From the UHGV virus genome UHGV-0211193: a stretch of 42,026 nt of DNA; one strand, given 5' to 3'. A model generated the notes under the pieces. That model was not told the DNA's origin. It was given only the letters and a program-made list of their open reading frames with translations, and ran no database searches. The stretch's first letter is position 1. Each line of letters starts with the position of its first letter. The position numbers and the translations under genes are program-made. The stretch comes from a virus. Shown here piece by piece: positions 1-6,327 of the stretch.

Positions 1-28
1 ATTCACTATTGCAAATATTATAATTTAG

Positions 29-45
29 TTTACTATAGAGAATAT
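29..45 (+). promoter_or_regulatory. Copy of the conserved 17-mer promoter-associated motif (TTTACTATAGaGAATAT, one mismatch), about 20 nt upstream of the RBS of gene 64-888. A TTGCAA -35-like hexamer lies 16 nt upstream of the TACTAT.
   Basis: Matches the repeated motif at 1172, 21455, 34344 and 37652. Its position is fixed relative to the RBS (TAGGAG) and the ATG. Confidence 0.5.
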
Positions 46-63
46 CTTAATAGGAGAAATAAG

Positions 64-888
64 ATGAAAGATTTAAACATTGTTGTTGATTGTCAGAATA
101 AAGAGCAGGCACTTGATGTAATTAATACTTTTAAAAATATGGGTTATGAACAGCATGTAAGTATTGATGGCGATTTAATTGTCCGAGTAATGAAAGGTTC
201 CGTTTTTGATATACATTGGGAGCCAAAAAATTATGATGAAAGAATGAATTATGAATCATTTGAGTATAAATTTAAACCAAACAAAATGATCGAGTTAATC
301 AACAAAGCAAAATTAGATCTTAAAATGAATGATAGCGAGCTTTCGTTAGCTATTGGAAAGTCGCGTCAGTACATTGGTAAAATGTTGCGATTGCCGCAAA
401 GCAAGAAAGTTCAGGATCGGGTTATTAAGGAGATTAATGAGTTTATGGATAAAGCAAAAAATCCAGTTGCACAAAATGCAGTTATTGGAAATGTTGAATT
501 GGCTGGGGCAATGTTAAATCAAGCTGCAATGTTATCCAATAAGGATAAAGAAATATCAGACCTCAAAAAAGCAAATGAGCAGCAAAAGCTTGTCATTGAT
601 AAATTGGATGATCAGTTATTAAAGGCTGAGAAAATTCATAATGAAGATGTGAAGTCGATTGAATCCAAAGATAAAGAAATAAGCAAATTTATCGAACTTA
701 GAAAAGAAGATTTGGCAAAGAATGCAGAATTGTGGAAAGTGACTGATTACTTTGTCAATCAATTTAAACGTGTTGAAGATGAACTCAAAGAACTCAAATC
801 ATCACACACCACATCAAAAGCATTGAACTGGTTCTTTGTAGTGGCGATTATTTTAGCTGCAATCGTTTGGAAAGCTTACAATGGTTGA
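64..888 (+). CDS. Hypothetical protein with an HTH-like segment (LSLAIGKSRQYIGKMLR), a central coiled coil and a C-terminal transmembrane anchor. First gene of the rightward early operon.
   Basis: Long ORF with RBS TAGGAG. Heptad-rich KE-rich middle and a hydrophobic C-terminus (FFVVAIILAAIVW). Divergent from the Cro-like gene at the window end. Confidence 0.5.
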   Translation: MKDLNIVVDCQNKEQALDVINTFKNMGYEQHVSIDGDLIVRVMKGSVFDIHWEPKNYDERMNYESFEYKFKPNKMIELINKAKLDLKMNDSELSLAIGKSRQYIGKMLRLPQSKKVQDRVIKEINEFMDKAKNPVAQNAVIGNVELAGAMLNQAAMLSNKDKEISDLKKANEQQKLVIDKLDDQLLKAEKIHNEDVKSIESKDKEISKFIELRKEDLAKNAELWKVTDYFVNQFKRVEDELKELKSSHTTSKALNWFFVVAIILAAIVWKAYNG

Positions 889-954
889 GTTTTGCAAGGT
901 TTGTTGTGGGTATAAAGTTTTTATTAATAATTACTGTATAGGGTGTGGGTTGAG

Positions 955-1110
955 ATGAGTATCTATTTTATTTTGTATACATTTTTAGCTTTTGTTGTTA
1001 TGCATGCATTTTATGGTGTAATGATACAAAATCATAGACAGCGCCTAGCTAAATTTTTAATAATTTTTTTATGTTATTTTTTAGGTCAAATATCTGTTTA
1101 TTTTAAATAA
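955..1110 (+). CDS. Unannotated small hydrophobic peptide of about 51 aa with two predicted transmembrane segments (MSIYFILYTFLAFVVMHAFYGVMIQNHRQRLAKFLIIFLCYFLGQISVYFK).
   Basis: ATG at 955 and TAA at 1108-1110. A rho-independent terminator follows immediately at 1117-1139. It is below the ORF-track length cutoff. Confidence 0.4.
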   Translation: MSIYFILYTFLAFVVMHAFYGVMIQNHRQRLAKFLIIFLCYFLGQISVYFK

Positions 1111-1116
1111 AAATAA

Positions 1117-1139
1117 ATCCCCTTAATTGGGGATTTTTT
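1117..1139 (+). terminator. Rho-independent terminator (ATCCCC-ttaatt-GGGGAT followed by TTTTT).
   Basis: Perfect 6-bp GC-rich stem and a T5 run, seen directly. Confidence 0.7.
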
Positions 1140-1150
1140 ACATCCAACAG

Positions 1151-1188
1151 TTGACAATACTATCAAATTAATTTACTATAGCGAATAT
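1151..1188 (+). promoter_or_regulatory. Sigma70-type promoter: TTGACA, a 17-nt spacer, then TACTAT. The TACTAT sits inside the conserved 17-mer TTTACTATAGCGAATAT (1172-1188).
   Basis: Consensus -35 with 17-bp spacing to TACTAT. The 17-mer ends about 10 nt before the RBS (AAGGGGA) of gene 1206. Confidence 0.55.
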
Positions 1189-1205
1189 AGACAAGGGGAA
1201 TAGAT

Positions 1206-1541
1206 ATGAAAAATACATTGATTTTAATTGGAACTTTAGCAATGACAGCATGTGCAAATCACACACCAGTTATTCAAGGGCCTTATGAAATTGAATCGGT
1301 AGACTTACAAAATGATGTGGCAGCTATTAAGTCGGGTGACTTGGTTTTAGAAGTTGAATTTGATGCACGTCATTTTAAAAATGGTAACGGTTTTCAATCT
1401 TGGAATGATTTTGAAATTAACCAAGTTAAAGAAGTGAAAGTATTCAATGAAGATGGTGAAACAGATAAATATGTTTTACCAAGTGAAGAAGTGTCAAATA
1501 TTGTTAATTTAATCGAAAAAGAAGTTGCGGAGAATATGTAA
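1206..1541 (+). CDS. Putative lipoprotein with a signal peptide and a lipobox-like LAMTAC.
   Basis: N-terminal MKNTLILIGTLAMTAC. RBS AAGGGGA. Confidence 0.5.
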   Translation: MKNTLILIGTLAMTACANHTPVIQGPYEIESVDLQNDVAAIKSGDLVLEVEFDARHFKNGNGFQSWNDFEINQVKEVKVFNEDGETDKYVLPSEEVSNIVNLIEKEVAENM

Positions 1542-1759
1542 TGAGTGTTGATTTAATAAAATCAAAAATTAGAAAAATGGAAATTAAGCTTGCCATGTTT
1601 CTTTCGGTTTATTGGATTTATTGTTTTTCTTGGTTTTTGGTAAATTTGGTAAAGATTGTTAATGGTGGTGGCCTGTATTATTCAATTAACGGAGCAATTC
1701 AAGTCTCATGTTTATTTTTAGCAGCAATGATGATTGAGGATTTATTAAATGAGCATTGA
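1541..1759 (+). CDS. Small membrane protein of 72 aa with 2 transmembrane segments.
   Basis: Hydrophobic segments. Start overlaps the stop of the previous gene (ATGTAATG). Confidence 0.45.
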   Translation: MSVDLIKSKIRKMEIKLAMFLSVYWIYCFSWFLVNLVKIVNGGGLYYSINGAIQVSCLFLAAMMIEDLLNEH

Positions 1760-1991
1760 AACATTAAAGCAAGACATTGAAACACTGGTTGCTGAACTAA
1801 TTGGTTTATCAAATTCAAAAACTATTATTGAGCGTAACTTTAGTTGGTTGAAATTTAATTATGTTGGGCGTGGTTCGGAGTCAATGCAACTTTATTTGCC
1901 AGTTCAATATTCTGAACAATTTAGAGCTATGCACATGCAAGAAACAATTGAACGTTTAACAAAGATTAAAGAAGATTTATTGGAAGGATAA
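1749..1991 (+). CDS. Hypothetical protein, 80 aa.
   Basis: ORF in an operon context with an 11-nt overlap with the upstream gene. Confidence 0.4.
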   Translation: MSIETLKQDIETLVAELIGLSNSKTIIERNFSWLKFNYVGRGSESMQLYLPVQYSEQFRAMHMQETIERLTKIKEDLLEG

Positions 1992-1994
1992 GAT

Positions 1995-2849
1995 ATGAAC
2001 CAAGTAGCAAACACACAACCGCGCTCATTAAAGCAATATGTTTCGGATGATAAAATCCGTCAAAAGTTTGCTGAGATTTTAGGTGAGAAATCAAAAGGGT
2101 TTCTGGCATCGGTAATGCAAGTTGCTAATAGTCCAGCGCTAAAAAATGCAGATCCAGCAACAGTTATTAACGCCGCTATGATGGCAGCGACTTTAGACTT
2201 GCCAATTAATAACAATCTTGGATTTGCTTATATTGTGCCATTTAAGACTGAAGCCCAGTTCCAGATGGGGTATAAGGGATTTATCCAGTTAGCACAGCGT
2301 AGTGGTCAGTTTAGCCGCATTGCAGCTACTCCAGTATATCAAGGGCAGTTAGTATCAGCCGACCCATTACTAGGATATGAGTTTGACTGGACCGTTGAAC
2401 CAGAAGGTGAACCAATTGGATATGTAGCTTTCTTTAAATTGCTAAATGGATTTACAGCAGATCTATACATGAGCAAAAAGAAAGTTGAGGACCATGCGAA
2501 ACGATACAGCCAAACATACAAGCGCGGATTTGGTGTGTGGAAAGACAACTTTGAAGCTATGGCATTAAAAACTGTTTTAAAGCTTCTGCTATCGAAACAA
2601 GCGCCCTTATCAATTGAGATGCAAAAAGCAATTGAACTTGATCAAGGTGTGATTAATGAAGAGGGTAATGCTTCATATATCGACAACGGTGAGCAAGTAG
2701 AAAAGACAGCAGCACGTTTAGTTAGCGAGGAGGATTTCCCAAATTTTGTTAATGCTATTGAATCTGGAAATCTAACTAAAGAACATGCGCTAAATGGCTC
2801 AGTTTACGCGCTAAGCGAAGAACAGCGTAAAAAGGTAGCTTCTCTATGA
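1995..2849 (+). CDS. recT: RecT-family single-strand annealing recombinase.
   Basis: Blocks LGFAYIVPFK...GYKGFIQLAQRSGQFSRIAATPVYQGQ and VWKDNFEAMALKTVLKLLLSKQAPLSIEMQKAIELDQ are collinear with E. coli Rac RecT (LGHAYLLPFG...GYRGMIDLARRSGQIASLSARVV and HWEEMAKKTAIRRLFKYLPVSIEIQRAVSMDE). Confidence 0.85.
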   Translation: MNQVANTQPRSLKQYVSDDKIRQKFAEILGEKSKGFLASVMQVANSPALKNADPATVINAAMMAATLDLPINNNLGFAYIVPFKTEAQFQMGYKGFIQLAQRSGQFSRIAATPVYQGQLVSADPLLGYEFDWTVEPEGEPIGYVAFFKLLNGFTADLYMSKKKVEDHAKRYSQTYKRGFGVWKDNFEAMALKTVLKLLLSKQAPLSIEMQKAIELDQGVINEEGNASYIDNGEQVEKTAARLVSEEDFPNFVNAIESGNLTKEHALNGSVYALSEEQRKKVASL

Positions 2850-3598
2850 ATTTAATCTTTCGTTGCTCTGAGCTTCATAGATTAATGGGAAATGCAAAGT
2901 CTATTGACTCTGCATTTCTAACACCAGAAGTTCAAGAGATTAAGGCAAAAAAGAAACGCACGGATGAAGAGCAAGCGATATTAGATCATTTATTGAATTG
3001 CACTTTATCCGCCACCGCTAAAACTTTGGTAAAGGAAAAAGTTAGACAAATTAAACATGGTGCGCCAAATAAATTTACTGGAAGTCGCGAAACAGAAAAA
3101 GGCAATATGGTTGAAGAAGATGCCATAATGTTTTTAATGCAACAAGAGTTTATTAGCGCCGAGAAAAACACAACGCGCTATACAAATTCTTGGATTACTG
3201 GCGAACCTGATATTATCGGTAAAAAGATTCAAGATACAAAATGCCCGTGGTCTTACTGGACGATGGAATATTTTGCAGATGATATTGAGAGTAAGTCGCT
3301 AGATGCTGGGTATGATTGGCAGCAATTAGGATATATGAACCTATTGCGTGAAAATGATCAATTTGAGCCTGTTTATATAGATGAGGCAGAGCTTAAATTT
3401 ATCTTAATGCCTACTCCACTAAAGCTATTGCGTCAGCATGATGATATTTATCTTCATACTGATTTTGTGTTGGAATTGCCACCTAGCGAACGCATTTCAA
3501 CATATAGAGTTGCATACGATCAAAAGAAAGTTGATTTAATAAAGTTAAAGGTTGAAATGGCGCGTAAATATGCTGCAACTTTAAAATTTGGAGGATAA
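2846..3598 (+). CDS. YqaJ-like (lambda Exo-type PD-(D/E)xK) recombination exonuclease, the partner of RecT.
   Basis: TGEPDIIGKKIQDTKCPW matches the YqaJ motif SPDGLV...LLEIKCP. It is translationally coupled directly after recT (ATGA overlap). Confidence 0.6.
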   Translation: MNLIFRCSELHRLMGNAKSIDSAFLTPEVQEIKAKKKRTDEEQAILDHLLNCTLSATAKTLVKEKVRQIKHGAPNKFTGSRETEKGNMVEEDAIMFLMQQEFISAEKNTTRYTNSWITGEPDIIGKKIQDTKCPWSYWTMEYFADDIESKSLDAGYDWQQLGYMNLLRENDQFEPVYIDEAELKFILMPTPLKLLRQHDDIYLHTDFVLELPPSERISTYRVAYDQKKVDLIKLKVEMARKYAATLKFGG

Positions 3599-3893
3599 CA
3601 TGCAAATCAAAGAAAGCTTAATGTTTCCTTTTGTTACGTGGATGATTAACGGGAATCATTCACTAGGTGGGAAAGGGCGAAGCCTAGTGATGAGACGTAA
3701 CGGTAAAATTGCAAAGATCATGTTATCGAATAACGATTATTTAGATATGAATGATTATTGCTGTGAGCGTTATGCACTATTTTTAAAGCAGTGGTTTAAC
3801 AATGGTGTTTCTTTTATTGAAGATTTAACCAAGCAAGGTGAAATGGAAATAAAGAAATTACGACAAAATTCTTATCGGGAGTTAATGAAATGA
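3588..3893 (+). CDS. Hypothetical protein. The likely true start is ATG 3600, after GGAGG.
   Basis: RBS GGAGGATAAC before ATG 3600. Operon context. Confidence 0.4.
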   Translation: MEDNMQIKESLMFPFVTWMINGNHSLGGKGRSLVMRRNGKIAKIMLSNNDYLDMNDYCCERYALFLKQWFNNGVSFIEDLTKQGEMEIKKLRQNSYRELMK

Positions 3894-4093
3894 AAACTAA
3901 ATATGATTGGTCAGATGTTCCAGTTCATTTAATATGGATAGCAACTGATTTAAATGGTTTTAAACATGGATATTCTGAGGAGCCAATTTGCAAAGATGAT
4001 TTAGATTTTTGGGATGGAGATGATTGTACTCAGTTAGGATTTTCAGAATTTAAAGGAGATTGGAAAGACTCTTTAGAGGAACGACCAAAATGA
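3890..4093 (+). CDS. Hypothetical protein of 67 aa. Its C-terminal motif FKGDWKDSLEERPK is paralogous to the C-terminus of the 35257-35682 product.
   Basis: ATGA overlap with the upstream gene. Shared C-terminal motif GYKGDWKQSLRKRPE versus EFKGDWKDSLEERPK. Confidence 0.4.
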   Translation: MKTKYDWSDVPVHLIWIATDLNGFKHGYSEEPICKDDLDFWDGDDCTQLGFSEFKGDWKDSLEERPK

Positions 4094-4248
4094 ATATAAT
4101 GCATATTCTTTTAGTGTTTGGATTGGCTTTTGGGTTAATTGCAGTTTTATATATTTATGAAGCAGTTAAACGAAAGCAATACCAACAACGCAAAACAGAC
4201 GATCAACGTAAATTTAATCCTATTCGTGAAAAACAATGGTGGAAGTAA
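4060..4248 (+). CDS. Small membrane protein with one transmembrane segment and a basic C-terminus.
   Basis: Hydrophobic ILLVFGLAFGLIAVLYIY. Operon context. Confidence 0.35.
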   Translation: MERLFRGTTKMNIMHILLVFGLAFGLIAVLYIYEAVKRKQYQQRKTDDQRKFNPIREKQWWK

Positions 4249-4787
4249 AAATGAACTTAAATGAATTAATCTCTAAAATTGAACAATGGGCAGAAGACCG
4301 AAATATCATCAAAGGATCAAAACCAATTGATCAAGCCATGAAGTTGTTTAGCGAGTTTGGTGAGCTTGCTGATAATGTTGGTAAAGGTCGTGATTGTCGA
4401 GACGATATTGGCGACTGTGCAGTAGTTATTATTATTATTTCAAAACAATTGGGCATTAATGTATTGGATTACAAGGTGGATTTGGGCAAGCCCAAAAATA
4501 TTAAGGATGAAATAGCTTGGTTGGGTTATGGAATTACAAGTGAGTTATGTACAGACTCGGATACAGGAAAATTTGATCCAGACTTAAGATGTGAATTCAA
4601 AAGACTTGGATTGATTGCAGAATATTTTGGATACACGCTAGAGGAATGCTTGCAAATAGCATATAACGACATTAAAGATCGCAAAGGTATTTTATGGAAT
4701 GGCGTGTTTGTAAAAAGTACAGATGAAAGTTATCAAGAAGTTCTAAAAATGTATCAAGAATCAATGGAAGGGAATTACCGTGCTTGA
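4236..4787 (+). CDS. mazG: MazG-like nucleoside triphosphate pyrophosphohydrolase.
   Basis: EQWAEDRNI...KLFSEFGELADNVGKGRD...DIGDCAVVIIIISKQLGINV resembles the EExxE/D...GDxL helices of the MazG/NTP-PPase fold. Confidence 0.55.
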   Translation: MVEVKMNLNELISKIEQWAEDRNIIKGSKPIDQAMKLFSEFGELADNVGKGRDCRDDIGDCAVVIIIISKQLGINVLDYKVDLGKPKNIKDEIAWLGYGITSELCTDSDTGKFDPDLRCEFKRLGLIAEYFGYTLEECLQIAYNDIKDRKGILWNGVFVKSTDESYQEVLKMYQESMEGNYRA

Positions 4788-4986
4788 GAATTTTATAAAA
4801 TCTCTAGGTTTTCTTGGCGTAGATGCTTCAAATGTAAATCATCAACCAGATGAAAAGTTAATGTTTAAATTTGAAGATGAAAATATAGATAAGCATTGGC
4901 GTTGTTTTTATGCGTTTTATAAAACGGGATGGAATGATGGTTTAAATGCAGTTGGAGCATTTGCTATTAGCAAGATCACTAAGTAA
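4780..4986 (+). CDS. Hypothetical protein of 68 aa, the last gene of the rightward operon.
   Basis: ORF overlapping the upstream stop. A terminator follows. Confidence 0.35.
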   Translation: MLENFIKSLGFLGVDASNVNHQPDEKLMFKFEDENIDKHWRCFYAFYKTGWNDGLNAVGAFAISKITK

Positions 4987-5014
4987 AAAAAAGCCTCATT
5001 GCGAGGCTATTTTT
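4985..5014. terminator. Bidirectional rho-independent terminator between convergent operons (A-run, GCCTC-attgc-GAGGC, T-run).
   Basis: Perfect 5-bp stem flanked by A8 upstream and T6 downstream. It sits between + gene end 4986 and - gene end 5081. Confidence 0.7.
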
Positions 5015-5080
5015 TAATTCACACATTGAACGCAGACAACAACACGGATGTTGTTTTTAATTGAGTGGGCAGTGCAACCA

Positions 5081-5689
5081 CTACAAACTACGCAAAGCAC
5101 GCTCAAAAATAGTAGCGATTTCAGCAATCTTTTGCGCTTTGTCTGTGCCATTAATAATTCTCCGTGCGCCTACATAATCTTTTTTGGATTGATAAATGTA
5201 ATCAGAAAGTTTGCGACCTGTAAACCAGCCTTCTTTCATGCCTGTTAAAAGAATCTGAATTGCATATTCTTTCTTCATAACATCATCAGGATTACTTAAG
5301 AAATCGTGGTTTAATTTTTTTGATGCTTTGTCGAAGTTCTCAAACCAAGTGAGCTGAACATATCCGCGACCATAGTATAAATGAGGGTAGTATTCTTGCA
5401 GATAAGCCGTAGTCCTTGACCCATCCTTGAAGGTGTACAGTTGATCTTTACTGTTCTTATACCAAGTCCCATATGGTCGGCCTTTGCCTTTTCCATATTC
5501 TGCAATTGGCAACATTGTATGCGCTGTTTCCCACCATGTAGTTGCAAGAATATATGCTCCTTGTGGATAAGAAATTGATTTATCTTTATCCATAGAATTA
5601 ACTATAAAATTAATTTCATCTACTTGACTTTGGGTTAATCTACCTAAACCAGATCGCAGAATATCAAAACCACCTTTAGTCATTTTCAT
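5081..5689 (-). CDS. Endolysin, glycoside hydrolase family 19 (chitinase-like lysozyme).
   Basis: YYGRGYVQLTWFENF matches the GH19 signature (GRG-x-x-QLT-W-x-x-N-[YF]). About 200 aa, as is typical of Acinetobacter-phage endolysins. Adjacent to holin-like genes. Confidence 0.7.
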   Translation of the reverse strand: MKMTKGGFDILRSGLGRLTQSQVDEINFIVNSMDKDKSISYPQGAYILATTWWETAHTMLPIAEYGKGKGRPYGTWYKNSKDQLYTFKDGSRTTAYLQEYYPHLYYGRGYVQLTWFENFDKASKKLNHDFLSNPDDVMKKEYAIQILLTGMKEGWFTGRKLSDYIYQSKKDYVGARRIINGTDKAQKIAEIATIFERALRSL

Positions 5690-5954
5690 TGGACTTTACC
5701 CTCAAGTAACCATAAACGAGCCTAACAATTAAACAGGCAGCGCCAAAGCGTGTTAATACTTCAGCATTTTGAATATGACCGCGCATATCCCAGCCAAGCA
5801 CAGTATTAATAAATACAGCAGCGGAACCGATGGCAACCACCAGCATGATAACATCAACATGCAACGGAAATTTAATGCGAGGATGCACAACAGCAACCAT
5901 TAACGATAAAAATATCATTAATAGACTAGCGCAATTAAGAAACATCATCATCAA
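5676..5954 (-). CDS. Holin or antiholin candidate of 92 aa with 3 transmembrane segments.
   Basis: Three hydrophobic helices. Immediately upstream of the endolysin and overlapping its start. Confidence 0.45.
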   Translation of the reverse strand: MMMMFLNCASLLMIFLSLMVAVVHPRIKFPLHVDVIMLVVAIGSAAVFINTVLGWDMRGHIQNAEVLTRFGAACLIVRLVYGYLRVKSNEND

Positions 5955-6270
5955 GCTTTACTCCAGTTTTAGACTCTATTTCTACCTTACTACGCTTTTC
6001 TATTGCTTTGAGTAACATTTTTGCAAGTGTTATGCCACCCATACCATAAATAAACCCAAAAACTTCTACATAATCGCCAGAAGTTAGGAATTGTGCTGTT
6101 GGTCTTGATAGTGCTGAACATAAAATAATACCAACAATCCAACCTATAATTCTATCAATTATCGGCTTACCAGACGGTGTTAGTGCGGTCACTGTAGCGC
6201 CCGCAATTCCCATGAACACCACCCCGATGTTACTGTTTAACCAGTCCATCACCTTGTCTAAAAAATCCAC
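5935..6270 (-). CDS. Holin candidate of 111 aa with 2 transmembrane segments and a charged C-terminus.
   Basis: Transmembrane helices GVVFMGIAGATVTAL and IIGWIVGIILCSAL with a KR/DE-rich tail. Lysis-cassette position. Confidence 0.5.
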   Translation of the reverse strand: MDFLDKVMDWLNSNIGVVFMGIAGATVTALTPSGKPIIDRIIGWIVGIILCSALSRPTAQFLTSGDYVEVFGFIYGMGGITLAKMLLKAIEKRSKVEIESKTGVKLDDDVS

Positions 6271-6304
6271 TGAACAAACACCTATATAAGTTTTACTTAT
6301 GATA

Positions 6305-6327
6305 ACAAAAAAAAGCCCCGAAGGGCT
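6305..6327 (-). terminator. Rho-independent terminator downstream of the tail-fibre gene (minus strand: AGCCC-uucg-GGGCU followed by U8).
   Basis: Stem at 6314-6327 and an A8 run on the plus strand (6305-6312), which is a U-run on the minus strand. Confidence 0.65.

Noticed and set aside
1151-1188. Possibility that the conserved 17-mer is a promoter for a phage-encoded single-subunit RNA polymerase (T7-like)
   Set aside because: No ORF of RNA-polymerase size or with its motifs exists in the window. The copies carry sigma70-like -35 hexamers at 16-17-bp spacing. Host RNA polymerase plus a phage factor is more plausible.
5048-5248. Plus-strand 66-aa ORF antisense to the endolysin gene, along with similar antisense ORFs such as 6400-6615, 7210-7497, 8907-9158, 14830-15015, 17466-18588, 29921-30151 and 31315-31737
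   Set aside because: All lie opposite long, strongly supported structural genes, lack RBSs and have low-complexity translations. They are treated as non-coding shadows.
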